This document shows, one piece after another, positions 18,417 to 28,809 of a DNA stretch of 64,000 nucleotides. Every line of letters begins with the position of its first letter. The first letter of the stretch is position 1. This DNA comes from Candidatus Eremiobacteria bacterium. Its GTDB lineage: Bacteria > Vulcanimicrobiota > Vulcanimicrobiia > Vulcanimicrobiales > Vulcanimicrobiaceae. Under the pieces are notes generated by a model that was given only the letters and a program-made list of their open reading frames with translations, had not been told where the DNA came from and searched no databases. The translations under genes and the position numbers were made by a program. The DNA lies in NCBI GenBank assembly GCA_963737065.1, contig CAVTRC010000001.1, positions 416,001-480,000 of the forward strand, in the 5' to 3' direction.

Positions 18417-20617
18417 GTTTCTTTGTCCGCAAAGACGCCCGCTGGGCCGAATGCCGGGACCCCTCACCGGCGGGCGCAGTCGCGACGCGCCTGCGCGGTC
18501 ATGCGGTCGTTTTTGCAGTCCTCGCGATCAGCGTATTGCTCTGGTACGCCGGCAATACGGCGATCGGCCTGGTCAGCGTTGCAAAAACCGACGGCGTCGT
18601 CACAACGCCCGGCATCACGACGACGATAGCGATCGCGCGCGATCGCCGCGGCGTCCCGCACATCCACGCCGCGACAGAGCACGATCTGTTCTTCGCGCAA
18701 GGATTTACCGAAGCGTCGGACCGTCTGTTCCAAATGGACTTGGCGCGGCGGTATGCGTACGGCCGGCTCAGCGAACTCTTTGGCTCACGTGCGCTTGGGT
18801 TGGACCAAGCAATGCGCGCGGTCGACGTCGCCGGGATTGCACGGCGTCAGTGGAGTTCGGCCGACGCCACAACGCGCGCTGCACTCTTGGCGTTTAGTGC
18901 AGGCGTGAATGAAGCAATCGACGCACAACCGTTGCCCGTTGAATTTCGTCTCTTGCTGTACCGCCCGCAACGGTGGACGCCGTACGATTCCATCGCGATC
19001 GCGACGATGGCTGCCCTCGAACTCAGCGACTCATGGCACGACATCCTCGCGCGCGACGACGCGTGGAGGCGAACCGACCCAGCATGCTATTCCGAACTCA
19101 TTCCACTTTCGGACCCGCGCTACGACGTCACCGTGGACGGAGACACCGACCCCTCTCCTCGACCGGCGAACAGATGCACGAATGAACCATCGATCGCATT
19201 TCGCGGCGCGCCGCGAATCGGAAGCAACGCGTGGGCAGCAGCCGGTTCCCGTGCGCTTGACGGCCACGCACTGCTCGCAAATGATCCGCACGTCGATGTC
19301 TCCATTCCGGCGATCTGGTACGTTATGGATCTGCGCGCGCCGGGGTTCCATGCCGCGGGCGCAACGCTGCCCGGTTTGCCGGGCATCGTGCTGGGACACA
19401 ACGAGCGCATCGCGTGGGGCGCAACCAATGCGCAAGCCGCAACGACGGTCTTATATCGCGGAACGTCTTCTCCGCGCGCGCACGGCGTTGCCGAGTGCTT
19501 TCACGTGCGCTTCTCGCGTGACGTCTGTAGAACGTACTATCGAAACGCAACGGAGTTCTACGTCTCCACCGGCGCTTCGTCGACGATCGCGGTTCGCTGG
19601 CCGGTCTATTGGCAACGGCGCGGCAGCATCACGACGGTGCTCGCGCTCGATCGAGCAAACTCCATTCGAGACGCAATGCACGTGCTCGCCTCGTACCGCG
19701 GGTCGCCGGAAAACTTCCTTGTCGCCGGCCGGGGCGGCGCAATCGCCTATCACCTCGCCGGCCTCATCCCGCTCGACGGAGCGTGGGGACGCCACGCGCA
19801 CCCGCTGTCGTTGCTGCGTACGCCGGTAAAGCTCGTAAATTTTGGCGATCTTCCGCATCGCGATCCCTCGCGCAATGCGATCCTCATCAGCGCGAACAAT
19901 AGAATGTACGGCGAGCATTATCCGCTTCGCCTATCGGCCGCGTTCGAACCGCCGTACCGCGCGTGGCGCATTGCAGCGCTCCTCCACGCGCGCGACAAGT
20001 ACGACGTTTCGTATTTTCGCATGATGCAAAACGATACATTTTCACCGATCGACGCAGAGATCGCTCGCGACCTGCGCGCTGCACAGCTGCGCCGCTGGAA
20101 CGGCCGCTTTGATCCCGAGTCGCGCCTCGCCTCAGCAGCGTACGCCGTCCGAACCGACCTCGAATCACAAACGGGATCGCTCGCGCTGTTGATGCAGCGG
20201 CTGCGCGATCCGGCGCAACGGCAGAGCGTGCAGTTTTCCGTCGACTCGACGTTCTACGGCCCCGCCGCCCGCGGGCCGTGGTCGGTGCAAGGTGCGGTGG
20301 ACGTCGAGCACCCGCTATCGCCGATGTGGTACGGCTTTTTGCGCGGGCGTCCGCTGCCGGGGAACGGCGACGAATATACGATACACGTGCAAGAAACAGG
20401 ATTTGCTCAAGGCTTTCGCGCCGTGTGGAACGCCGGCGATTGGGATGCCGGCGGCATCTCGATTCCGACCGGCGAGTCGGGCGAACCGGGCTCGCCCTAC
20501 TACGACGACGAAGCCGGCGCCTGGATCCGCGGCGAACTGCTTACGCTTCCGTTCTCCGATACGGCAGTCGCGCGAAATACCGTGCATGTATTGCGGCTGC
20601 AGGGTCCAATCCGGTGA
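18413..20617 (+). CDS. Penicillin acylase family (Ntn-hydrolase) protein
   Basis: [37 protein letters not shown]. Confidence 0.9.
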   Translation: MSFFVRKDARWAECRDPSPAGAVATRLRGHAVVFAVLAISVLLWYAGNTAIGLVSVAKTDGVVTTPGITTTIAIARDRRGVPHIHAATEHDLFFAQGFTEASDRLFQMDLARRYAYGRLSELFGSRALGLDQAMRAVDVAGIARRQWSSADATTRAALLAFSAGVNEAIDAQPLPVEFRLLLYRPQRWTPYDSIAIATMAALELSDSWHDILARDDAWRRTDPACYSELIPLSDPRYDVTVDGDTDPSPRPANRCTNEPSIAFRGAPRIGSNAWAAAGSRALDGHALLANDPHVDVSIPAIWYVMDLRAPGFHAAGATLPGLPGIVLGHNERIAWGATNAQAATTVLYRGTSSPRAHGVAECFHVRFSRDVCRTYYRNATEFYVSTGASSTIAVRWPVYWQRRGSITTVLALDRANSIRDAMHVLASYRGSPENFLVAGRGGAIAYHLAGLIPLDGAWGRHAHPLSLLRTPVKLVNFGDLPHRDPSRNAILISANNRMYGEHYPLRLSAAFEPPYRAWRIAALLHARDKYDVSYFRMMQNDTFSPIDAEIARDLRAAQLRRWNGRFDPESRLASAAYAVRTDLESQTGSLALLMQRLRDPAQRQSVQFSVDSTFYGPAARGPWSVQGAVDVEHPLSPMWYGFLRGRPLPGNGDEYTIHVQETGFAQGFRAVWNAGDWDAGGISIPTGESGEPGSPYYDDEAGAWIRGELLTLPFSDTAVARNTVHVLRLQGPIR

Positions 20618-20619
20618 CA

Positions 20620-21633
20620 ATGCTTCTGCTCGGAATCGAGACGTCGTGCGACGATACCGCGACGGCGGTCGTGCGCGACGGCCGTTCGGTGCTTTCGAGC
20701 GTCTCGACGAATCAGGATGAATTCCACGCGAAATACGGTGGCATCGTGCCCGAGATCGCGAGCCGCCAGCACGTTGCGCTCCTCTCGGCGGCCGTAGCCG
20801 ATGCGGTCGAACGCGCGAACTTTACGCTCGACGACTTGGACGGGATCGCCGTAACGCGCGGACCCGGCTTGATCGGCAGTCTCGTCGTCGGCGTCGCGGC
20901 GGCGAAAGCGCTCGCGTTTGCGCTCGACAAACCGCTCTACGGCGTCAATCATCTGCACGGACACATCTTCGCGGCGTTTCTCGATCGTGACGAACCGATT
21001 CCATTTCCGTTTCTCGCCCTGCTCGTTTCCGGAGGCCACTCGCAACTCGTTGATGTCCGTTCACCGATCGACATGCGCATCATTGGCCGCACTCGCGATG
21101 ATGCGGCGGGTGAAGCGTACGATAAAACGGCGCGGCTTCTCGGTCTGTCTTATCCCGGCGGACCGCAACTCGACCGGCTTGCGCGCGAAGGTAACCCGAA
21201 AGCACATCCGTTCCCGCGTCACCGTCCCGATCCGGGAAGCCTCGATCTTTCGTTCTCGGGCCTCAAAACATCGGTTCGCTATTTTCTCGAATCCGACGAA
21301 GGCCGACGGGCAAAACCCGAAGACGTCGCCGCATCGTTTCAAGCGGCGGTTGTCGATGTGCTCCTCGCGCGCGTTTCGCGCGCATTTGAAGACGGCGCGT
21401 ACAACGCGCTCGTGATCTCGGGCGGCGTCGCGGCGAATTCGGCGCTGCAAGAGGCGATCCGGTCGTGGAGCAAACGCAACAGCATCGCGGCCTTCATTCC
21501 GCCGCCGAAATACTGCACCGACAATGCGGCGATGATTGCCGCCGCGGCATATCATCAGCGAGAGGTCGTTGAAGTGGACGCGCTTACACTCTCGGCCGAT
21601 CCCAATCTGCCCTTTGAAATTCGCGCCGCTTAG
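20620..21633 (+). CDS. tsaD: tRNA N6-adenosine threonylcarbamoyltransferase
   Basis: LGIETSCDDT, HLHGH, VSGGH, DDAAGEAYDK, CTDNAAMI. Confidence 0.97.
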   Translation: MLLLGIETSCDDTATAVVRDGRSVLSSVSTNQDEFHAKYGGIVPEIASRQHVALLSAAVADAVERANFTLDDLDGIAVTRGPGLIGSLVVGVAAAKALAFALDKPLYGVNHLHGHIFAAFLDRDEPIPFPFLALLVSGGHSQLVDVRSPIDMRIIGRTRDDAAGEAYDKTARLLGLSYPGGPQLDRLAREGNPKAHPFPRHRPDPGSLDLSFSGLKTSVRYFLESDEGRRAKPEDVAASFQAAVVDVLLARVSRAFEDGAYNALVISGGVAANSALQEAIRSWSKRNSIAAFIPPPKYCTDNAAMIAAAAYHQREVVEVDALTLSADPNLPFEIRAA

Positions 21634-21668
21634 CAACCCTTTTCGCGCAACGTGGTATATCTACAGTC

Positions 21669-22142
21669 ATGATGACGCTACGCCCCGCTTTGATCGCACT
21701 CGCCGCAGCGGCTGTTCCGTTGCTTGCTTTCGCGCAGACGAGCCTGCCGCAGTCGACGCAAGATCGTCAGCAAATTCAAAACTTGCAGTTTCAGGCGAAT
21801 CTGCCGGGAACGAGTGCGGCGGAGCGCACGCAAATCGAGCGTCAGATCAGCCAATTGCAGTACCAAATCAACACGCGCGCGCCGGTGCAGCCGATGCCCA
21901 CGCTGACGCCGTCGTGGAACGGCGGACCGCTATTCAGCGGCGGAAATCTTCCGCAGCTGACCGCGAACCCAACCTTCGCGCCGCTCTCGCCGACGATTTA
22001 CGGCTCGTGCGATTCCGACCGCGCGGTCATCTCGTATTTGACGCAACAGATTTCGCTGCCGACGACGACCCGGCAGGAACGTCTCTACGATCAAAGCCAG
22101 AGCGCGGAACTCCAAAAAGATTTGCGCGCGAAGGGTTGCTAG
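21669..22142 (+). CDS. Secreted Gln-rich hypothetical protein
   Basis: Signal peptide ending in AFA; internal helical repeat. Confidence 0.7.
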   Translation: MMTLRPALIALAAAAVPLLAFAQTSLPQSTQDRQQIQNLQFQANLPGTSAAERTQIERQISQLQYQINTRAPVQPMPTLTPSWNGGPLFSGGNLPQLTANPTFAPLSPTIYGSCDSDRAVISYLTQQISLPTTTRQERLYDQSQSAELQKDLRAKGC

Positions 22143-22144
22143 TC

Positions 22145-22173
22145 TTGACGCCGCCAAACGCTCGTGATAGCCT
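22145..22173 (+). promoter_or_regulatory. Sigma70-type promoter for the leader peptide/met operon
   Basis: TTGACG-N17-TAGCCT with extended TGn; ATG 7 nt downstream. Confidence 0.75.
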
Positions 22174-22180
22174 TTGCGCA

Positions 22181-22264
22181 ATGTTTACTGACGTCGCGAT
22201 GATGTGCCCGATGTGCTGCATGCAAATGCGCGCGGCGCGGGCCGTCGTGGAGCGAACCGTGTAG
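22181..22264 (+). CDS. Met/Cys-rich leader peptide MFTDVAMMCPMCCMQMRAARAVVERTV
   Basis: 8 of codons 7-16 are Met or Cys; lies directly upstream of methionine biosynthesis genes. Confidence 0.8.
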   Translation: MFTDVAMMCPMCCMQMRAARAVVERTV

Positions 22265-22284
22265 TACGCGGGATCGAATCGCAA

Positions 22285-22325
22285 ACGACGCCCCTCGCCG
22301 CAATGGCGAGGGGCGTCGTCGTTTC
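22285..22325 (+). terminator. Attenuator terminator hairpin
   Basis: ACGACGCCCCTCGCC-gcaat-GGCGAGGGGCGTCGT followed by a pyrimidine-rich tract (weak U-run). Confidence 0.75.
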
Positions 22326-22362
22326 ACTCCTCGCTTTCCCGTCTCAAAAGGAGGCATGAGGA

Positions 22363-24813
22363 ATGGTATCCACCGCGGGCATCGCGTTGCTCGGCTGCGG
22401 TACGGTCGGTGCATGCGTCGCCGAGCGTTTACTCTACGAGCGCGATGTGATCGAACGCCGCAGCGGCGTGCACTATGAACTGCGCGCAATTGCAATCCGC
22501 GACGCGACGAGAACACGGATCGAGTCGATCGACACGCGACTCTTCACGACCGATCCGCGTGCAATCGTCGAAGATTCACGCGTCGATATCGTGATCGAGT
22601 GTATCGGCGGCACGGCACAGGCGTGTGAACTCATCGAGATCGCGCTGGAACGCGGCCGGTCCGTCGTGACGGCGAACAAGGATGTGCTCGCGACGCAGGG
22701 TCCACGCCTGCAGGCTCTCGCAGCGGCGCGCGGTGCGGGTCTGCGTTACGAAGCCGCGGCGTGCGGCGCGATTCCCGTCGTACGCATGCTTTATGACGCG
22801 CTCGCAGGCGATCGTATCGACGCGCTTGCCGGCGTCGTGAACGGGACGTGCAACGCAATTCTCTCGGAGATGGACGCCGGCTCGGAATTCGCTGAAGCCG
22901 TCGCCGCGGCGCAAGCGCGTGGCTATGCCGAAGCGGACCCATCGAACGATATCGACGGCGTGGACGCCGCGCACAAGCTCGCGGTATTGATGCAGCTCGC
23001 GTTCGGTCTGGCGGTCATCTCGCCGCGCATTCGCCACACCGGGATCGCCGGCGTAACAAAACGCGAAATCGCGCGCGCGCAAGCGCTCGGCTATCGTATT
23101 CGCTTGATTGCCGCAGCAGCACGCTGCGACGACGGCGCGTTCGCCGGCGTCGCGCCGTTGCTCGTCCCGCGCGATCACCCGTTCGCAACGCTCAGCGGAC
23201 CGGAAAATATCGTCCGCGTCGCCGCCCGCGATGCCGGTCCGCTCACTATGCGCGGGCGCGGTGCCGGCGGACCGGCAACCGCGTCGGCGATCCTCGGCGA
23301 CGTCGTTTCGTCGCTGCGCGCGCTCGGCGAGCGTCGCGACGTTGCACGTCAGCTGCGTGCGCTTGAACCGGCGCTCGACGTTGCCCCGATCTTCACCGGT
23401 CTTCCGCGTCATCCGGAACTCCCACGCTACGCGTTGTGGGATGACACACTACTTGATGCTCCCGTCTCGCACGCTCAAGCGTGCGTTGTTATGACGGGGA
23501 AAGGAACACGGCACTCAATGAGCATTACGCTCGAAACGGACCACCCGCAATCGTTCGATACCGTCGCGGTGCACGGCGGTCACAACGGCGATCCGGCGAC
23601 GAAATCGCGCGCCGTTCCGATCTATCAAACGACCTCCTATCTGTTCGATTCAACGGAACACGCGGGCAAGCTCTTCGCACTGGAAGAGTTCGGCAACATC
23701 TATACGCGCATCAACAATCCGACCACCGACGTATTCGAACAACGCGTTGCGGCGCTCGAACGCGGTGCGGGTGCGCTCGCGGTCTCCAGCGGACAAGCCG
23801 CCGTCGTGTATTCGATCCTCAATCTCGCGAAGAACGGCGACCATCTCGTCAGCAGCGCATCCCTGTACGGCGGAACCTATAACGCGTTCACGCACACGCT
23901 CAAACGCTTCGGCATCGAGGTCAGCCTCGTCGACTTCAACGATCCCCATAGCGTCGAAGCGGCAATTCGTCCGAATACGAAAGCGCTCTTCGCGGAAACG
24001 ATCGGCAACCCGAAGATCGACGTGCTCGATGTGGAACTCTATGCCGAACTCGCGCACCGCCATGGTCTTCCGCTGATCGTCGACAACACGCTCGCAACAC
24101 CATACCTGTTGCGTCCGATCGAACACGGCGCCGATATCGTCGTACATTCGGCGACGAAATTCATCGGCGGGCACGGTACCGCGATCGGCGGCGTAATCGT
24201 CGACGGCGGGACGTTCGACTGGACCATCAATCCGCGCTTCGCCGAGTTCATCGAGCCCGATCCGTCGTACCACGGATTGCAATACGCCGCCGCGTTCGGT
24301 AATATCGCCTACATCGTCAAAGCGCGCGTTCAACTCCTGCGCAACATCGGCGCCGCGCTCTCTCCGTTCAACGCATGGCTTCTCTTGCAAGGCATCGAAA
24401 CGCTCGGTCTGCGCGTAGAACGTCACAGCAGTAACGCGCTCGCCGTCGCCGAGTTCCTCTCGCAGCACCCTCGAGTGACAAGCGTCGCATATCCGGGTTT
24501 GCCGGGTGATCCCGCACACGAACGCGCGCGTAAATATCTGCCGAACGGCGCCGGAGCCATCGTGACGTTTAGCGTTGAGGGCGGCGAGCGTGAAGCAAAA
24601 AGCGTCATCGATCGCCTCAGGCTCTTCTCTCTACTCGCAAACGTCGGTGATGCAAAGTCGCTCGTCATTCACCCTGCGAGCACGACGCATCAGCAACTGA
24701 GCGACGCCGAACGCCTGCAGAGCGGCGTCGACGCATCGACGGTCCGGCTCTCGGTCGGCATCGAGGACATCAACGATATCATCGCCGACTTGCGTCAAGC
24801 GCTGGCGGACTAA
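22363..24813 (+). CDS. hom: Homoserine dehydrogenase, continuing in frame into MetY
   Basis: [30 protein letters not shown]; no stop before the MetY domain; GGAGG RBS. Confidence 0.85.
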   Translation: MVSTAGIALLGCGTVGACVAERLLYERDVIERRSGVHYELRAIAIRDATRTRIESIDTRLFTTDPRAIVEDSRVDIVIECIGGTAQACELIEIALERGRSVVTANKDVLATQGPRLQALAAARGAGLRYEAAACGAIPVVRMLYDALAGDRIDALAGVVNGTCNAILSEMDAGSEFAEAVAAAQARGYAEADPSNDIDGVDAAHKLAVLMQLAFGLAVISPRIRHTGIAGVTKREIARAQALGYRIRLIAAAARCDDGAFAGVAPLLVPRDHPFATLSGPENIVRVAARDAGPLTMRGRGAGGPATASAILGDVVSSLRALGERRDVARQLRALEPALDVAPIFTGLPRHPELPRYALWDDTLLDAPVSHAQACVVMTGKGTRHSMSITLETDHPQSFDTVAVHGGHNGDPATKSRAVPIYQTTSYLFDSTEHAGKLFALEEFGNIYTRINNPTTDVFEQRVAALERGAGALAVSSGQAAVVYSILNLAKNGDHLVSSASLYGGTYNAFTHTLKRFGIEVSLVDFNDPHSVEAAIRPNTKALFAETIGNPKIDVLDVELYAELAHRHGLPLIVDNTLATPYLLRPIEHGADIVVHSATKFIGGHGTAIGGVIVDGGTFDWTINPRFAEFIEPDPSYHGLQYAAAFGNIAYIVKARVQLLRNIGAALSPFNAWLLLQGIETLGLRVERHSSNALAVAEFLSQHPRVTSVAYPGLPGDPAHERARKYLPNGAGAIVTFSVEGGEREAKSVIDRLRLFSLLANVGDAKSLVIHPASTTHQQLSDAERLQSGVDASTVRLSVGIEDINDIIADLRQALAD
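23518..24813 (+). CDS. metY: O-acetylhomoserine aminocarboxypropyltransferase (sulfhydrylase)
   Basis: [32 protein letters not shown]; own GAAAGGA RBS before ATG 23518. Confidence 0.9.
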   Translation: MSITLETDHPQSFDTVAVHGGHNGDPATKSRAVPIYQTTSYLFDSTEHAGKLFALEEFGNIYTRINNPTTDVFEQRVAALERGAGALAVSSGQAAVVYSILNLAKNGDHLVSSASLYGGTYNAFTHTLKRFGIEVSLVDFNDPHSVEAAIRPNTKALFAETIGNPKIDVLDVELYAELAHRHGLPLIVDNTLATPYLLRPIEHGADIVVHSATKFIGGHGTAIGGVIVDGGTFDWTINPRFAEFIEPDPSYHGLQYAAAFGNIAYIVKARVQLLRNIGAALSPFNAWLLLQGIETLGLRVERHSSNALAVAEFLSQHPRVTSVAYPGLPGDPAHERARKYLPNGAGAIVTFSVEGGEREAKSVIDRLRLFSLLANVGDAKSLVIHPASTTHQQLSDAERLQSGVDASTVRLSVGIEDINDIIADLRQALAD

Positions 24814-24816
24814 CCG

Positions 24817-25764
24817 TTGCGCGAGCTGACGATCGGCATCGGATCGCTTCGGCTGCACGATGGCACGCTGCTGCACGACGTGCAGCAGCGTGTGACGATG
24901 TATGGCTCTCCATCTGCCGCTCGCGACAACATCGTGCTCGTCAATCACGCACTGACCGGTTCGAGCCGGGCGGCGGAGTGGTGGCCCGGCATCGTCGGCG
25001 AAGGTGCGCTCTTCGACCCGTCCGGCTGGTGTATCATCGGCATCAACGTACTCGGCAGTTGCTACGGCTCGACGTGGACGCCGCGCGTCACCGTTGCAGA
25101 CATCGTGTGCGCGCAAGCGCGCGTTCTCGATGAACTCGGGATCGAGTCGGCCGCCTTTGCCGTCGGTGGATCGCTCGGCGGCATGCAGGCACTGCAATGG
25201 GCGCTCGATTTTCCCGGCCGCATCAAAAACGCGATCGTCATCGGCGCGCACGACCATCACAGTGCAATGGGAATCGCGCTCAACGCGATTCAACGTGAAT
25301 GTCTTCAACTCGATCCGGTTCGCGGTTTACGTACGGCCCGCAAACTCGCAATGCTGACCTATAAATCCGAGGAACTCTTGAACGCCCGCCACGGCCGTAA
25401 CCCGGATCGCAACGATCGGTCGCGTTTCGACGTCGAAGGGTACCTGGATTTGCAAGCGGCGCGCTTCATCGGACGGATGGACGCCCGCACCTACACTACA
25501 TTGACGCACGCCATGGATTCATTCGACGTCCGCAGACGATCGCTCCATGGACCGCGCGTCACGTTCGTCGGAATCAGTTCCGACTGGCTGTTCCGCCCGC
25601 ACGACGTGCGTGCAGCGGCCGAAAAATTCGGTGCTGACTATATCGAGCTAGAGACGGACCACGGGCACGATGCGTTTCTCGCCGAATCGGGCCGCCTCGC
25701 CGAGCTCCTCCGGCCGGCGATTCATATTCGCAAAAGCGCCGGAACGAGCGTTATCGCGCCGTAA
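24817..25764 (+). CDS. metX: Homoserine O-acetyltransferase
   Basis: HALTG, NVLGSCYGS, GGSLGGMQ, SDWLF, GHDAFL. Confidence 0.92.
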   Translation: MRELTIGIGSLRLHDGTLLHDVQQRVTMYGSPSAARDNIVLVNHALTGSSRAAEWWPGIVGEGALFDPSGWCIIGINVLGSCYGSTWTPRVTVADIVCAQARVLDELGIESAAFAVGGSLGGMQALQWALDFPGRIKNAIVIGAHDHHSAMGIALNAIQRECLQLDPVRGLRTARKLAMLTYKSEELLNARHGRNPDRNDRSRFDVEGYLDLQAARFIGRMDARTYTTLTHAMDSFDVRRRSLHGPRVTFVGISSDWLFRPHDVRAAAEKFGADYIELETDHGHDAFLAESGRLAELLRPAIHIRKSAGTSVIAP

Positions 25765-27059
25765 GCGAGGCCGAGAAGCGAAACGGCGGCCATCACCGTG
25801 CCGCCTGCAATATTCGCGACCGGACCGTTCGCGAGCGACCCCATGATCGGGCGATCGTTAGCGAGCAGTATGACGAACGCCAAGGCCGGCGCCATCAACA
25901 CCGTGGCCGCCACGTTCGCAAGCAGCGCAAGCATCAACAGCGGCGCATGCGGCCACAAGACGACTGCGGCGGCGATCACGAGCGACGCGCCCATAACGCC
26001 GTAGAACACCGTTGCTTCCCGCACGCTGCGATTCAAACTCTTGCCGCCACCGACAACTTCTCCGGCGGCATACGCAGTGCTCGCCGAAATCGTAACCGCG
26101 GCCGTGATGCCCGCTTCGATCATACCGAGCGCGAAGAGCGTGGCGAAATGCTTCCCAAGCACCGGCATCAGTGCCGCGGCAAAGTCGGCACTCGTTTGCA
26201 GCGTCGACGTCCCACGCGACAATAGCACCGAGCCGACCACGATCGCGGCGATTGCGACGACCGCCGCGACGAGTGCGCCCGCCGCGGTGTCGAACCGCGC
26301 GTGCCACAAGTCGGAGCGAGCGAGGCCCTTGTCGACGACCGCGCTCTGTTGAAAGAAAATCATCCACGGCGTCACGGTCGCGCCGACGTTCGCGAGGATC
26401 AGTGTCACAAACGTTGCATCGAACGGACGGCTGCTCGCAAGCGAGACGTTGAAGATGTTGGCGAAGGCTTGCGCATGCGGCTGGGCCGCAAAAGCGACCG
26501 GGATAAACACGAGATTGAACGCTGCGAGCGCCATCGCGAAACGCTCCCACGTGAAGTAGCGCCGCGCGGCAAACGCACCGATCACAACCACGCACGAGCA
26601 GATGACCGCGACGAGCGCCGGAACACCGAGGAACGCGGCGCCCGAACAGATCGCAACGAACTCCGCAACGAGTGTGAGGACGTTCCCGAATGCGAGATCA
26701 GCTAACGCAAAATACCCCCACCCTCTGCCGAAGCGCTCGAATATCAGCTCCGCGTGACCGCGTCCCGTTGCTATGCCTATCCGAATCGTGGCCTCTTGTA
26801 CGACATACGCCATCACAAATGTGAGCAGAACGAGCGGCGCAAAAAAACGCAAGCCGTAGAGTGACCCGGTCGTGACGTACGAGAGCATACTCGGTCCGTC
26901 GTTCTCACCGAGCATGGTCAACATGCCGGGACCTACGAGCAGAGCGAGCAGCAACCACTTGCGTCCGCTGCTGCGCGCGTGATGCACGCGGAACCGATCG
27001 CGCTCGCGCAGCGCTTGTTCGCGCGCCTGTCCTTCCAGTGCAATGGACGACGTCGTCAT
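25722..27059 (-). CDS. NRAMP-like divalent metal transporter
   Basis: GPG..TM.GENDG, VQE...R.G..TG.G, GATVTPWMIFFQQS. Confidence 0.85.
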   Translation of the reverse strand: MTTSSIALEGQAREQALRERDRFRVHHARSSGRKWLLLALLVGPGMLTMLGENDGPSMLSYVTTGSLYGLRFFAPLVLLTFVMAYVVQEATIRIGIATGRGHAELIFERFGRGWGYFALADLAFGNVLTLVAEFVAICSGAAFLGVPALVAVICSCVVVIGAFAARRYFTWERFAMALAAFNLVFIPVAFAAQPHAQAFANIFNVSLASSRPFDATFVTLILANVGATVTPWMIFFQQSAVVDKGLARSDLWHARFDTAAGALVAAVVAIAAIVVGSVLLSRGTSTLQTSADFAAALMPVLGKHFATLFALGMIEAGITAAVTISASTAYAAGEVVGGGKSLNRSVREATVFYGVMGASLVIAAAVVLWPHAPLLMLALLANVAATVLMAPALAFVILLANDRPIMGSLANGPVANIAGGTVMAAVSLLGLAYGAITLVPALLRI

Positions 27060-27194
27060 GAGCTAGCTATGCTCTTTCCCAATCTTCAGGCGCATGCCAA
27101 CACGCCGGCAAGGAAGCATTTTACGGCTCGCTTCACCCTGTTTTGCTCGCGTCTCGCTGGGTAGGTGGCAGCAATGAATTCGTAACGAGGGAGA

Positions 27195-28112
27195 ATGATG
27201 TTCGTACACAACAAGAAGTTGCAATACACCGTGCACGTCGACTCGGCGGACCCGAAGTTCGCAAAGATGTGCCTGGAACAATTCGGCGGACCGAACGGTG
27301 AACTAGCCGCAGCAATGCGGTATTTTACGCAGGGGTGGGCGGAAAGCGATGTGCCACGCCGCGATATGCTGCTCGATATCGCAACAGAAGAGCTCTCGCA
27401 CCTCGAGATGATTGGGCAACTCATCACGGGCTTACTCAAGGGTGCTCGCGGCGCCGGCGCGATGATCGATGAAGTCGAAGGCTCTTACTTACAGGATCTC
27501 ATGAACGGCAAACACGACGAATACACGCAGCTGGCGTGGGATTCGGCAATGCCGCTACTGACCGGCGGGTCGGGGCTACGCCTGACGGATTCCATGGGCG
27601 CTCCGTGGACTGCGGCGTACATCGATACGATCGGACACCCGCTCTGCGATTTGCGCTCGGACATCGCCGCCGAAGCGCGCGCGAAAGCGGTCTACGATCG
27701 GCTCATCAAACTGTGCCCCGATGCCGGCGCGCGCGACGCTCTGACATTCTTGATGACGCGCGAAGTTGCGCATCAAAAAATGTTCGAATCCGCGCTCGCG
27801 GCAATCGCGAACAACTTTCCCTCGTCGAACGTCCCGCCCGACGAGCGTTTCACGCACGCGTATTTCGACGAATCGAAAGACGGCGAGAGCAGCAGTGCGG
27901 GCTACAACATGGTCAACGCGCAGGGGCTGTGGCAGTTCGACTTGAGCAAGCCCCATGTCGGCGGCAGCGAGCCGGATCTGCCGGACCCCAAACCATCGGT
28001 GATGAGCTCGATGGGTTCGACAAAACCGCAGCCGGTGAGCGATCAGACCAGTCGCACGACGAAGGCGCAGATTTTGGGCGAAGAACCCGCCACACCCGCA
28101 GCGCGAAAGTAG
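27195..28112 (+). CDS. Manganese catalase
   Basis: EQFGGPNGEL, DIATEELSHLE, DIAAEARA, REVAHQ. Confidence 0.93.
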   Translation: MMFVHNKKLQYTVHVDSADPKFAKMCLEQFGGPNGELAAAMRYFTQGWAESDVPRRDMLLDIATEELSHLEMIGQLITGLLKGARGAGAMIDEVEGSYLQDLMNGKHDEYTQLAWDSAMPLLTGGSGLRLTDSMGAPWTAAYIDTIGHPLCDLRSDIAAEARAKAVYDRLIKLCPDAGARDALTFLMTREVAHQKMFESALAAIANNFPSSNVPPDERFTHAYFDESKDGESSSAGYNMVNAQGLWQFDLSKPHVGGSEPDLPDPKPSVMSSMGSTKPQPVSDQTSRTTKAQILGEEPATPAARK

Positions 28113-28144
28113 CTGGTTCCGTTCCGAGTACCAAACTGACGCCA

Positions 28145-28177
28145 GGGCGGCGCGAGCGCCACGCGCTCGCGCCGCCC
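28145..28177 (+). terminator. GC-rich hairpin after Mn catalase
   Basis: GGGCGGCGCGAGCG-ccacg-CGCTCGCGCCGCCC; no U-tract. Confidence 0.5.
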
Positions 28178-28235
28178 GCTATGCGGTCATAAACCGGTGA
28201 ATCCCTACTCGGTGAAGCGGCGTTTTGAGCCGAGT

Positions 28236-28712
28236 ATGAGCACGACAGATCGTCCGCCGCTGCCGCCGTTCACGCATGAAACGGCCGTTCAGAAAGTGCG
28301 CATGGCCGAGAACGCCTGGAACACGCGCGAGCCCGAGCGCGTGGCGCTCGCATATACGCAGGACAGTCTCTGGCGCAACCGCTCGGAGTTTTTCGAAGGA
28401 CGCGAAGCGATTGTCACGTTTCTTCGCCGTAAATGGGCGAAAGAATTAGACTATCGGCTCATCAAAGATTTATGGGCATTTGAAGAAAACCGGATCGCCG
28501 TGCGCTTTCAATACGAATACCATGACGCCGAAAGCAACTGGTTTCGCGCATACGGAAACGAGCAGTGGGAGTTCGACGAACATGGATTGATGCGCCGGCG
28601 CGAGGCAAGCATCAACGATGTGGCGATTCTAGCGTCGGATCGCCGCTTCGTATGGGAGCCGATCGGCCCACGTCCGGACGATTATCCGGGTCTGAATCAG
28701 CAGCCGTTTTAA
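28236..28712 (+). CDS. NTF2-like DUF1348 family protein
   Basis: [31 protein letters not shown]. Confidence 0.9.
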   Translation: MSTTDRPPLPPFTHETAVQKVRMAENAWNTREPERVALAYTQDSLWRNRSEFFEGREAIVTFLRRKWAKELDYRLIKDLWAFEENRIAVRFQYEYHDAESNWFRAYGNEQWEFDEHGLMRRREASINDVAILASDRRFVWEPIGPRPDDYPGLNQQPF

Positions 28713-28809
28713 GCGCGCGACGCGGCGCTTTCGGCAATCGCAAAGAACTTTTCATCACGAGAAAGGAGAGACGACGATCTCGCCTCTCCTCGCACGGGGA
28801 CGTCTTTCG

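Noticed and set aside
22181..22362. SAM riboswitch or T-box upstream of met genes
   Set aside because: No recognisable SAM-I core or T-box motif; the region is short and better explained by the leader ORF (an Rfam scan would settle it)
27960..28112. Encapsulin cargo-loading peptide on the Mn catalase tail
   Set aside because: Low-complexity tail lacks an LxIGSL-like motif, and no encapsulin gene is in the window
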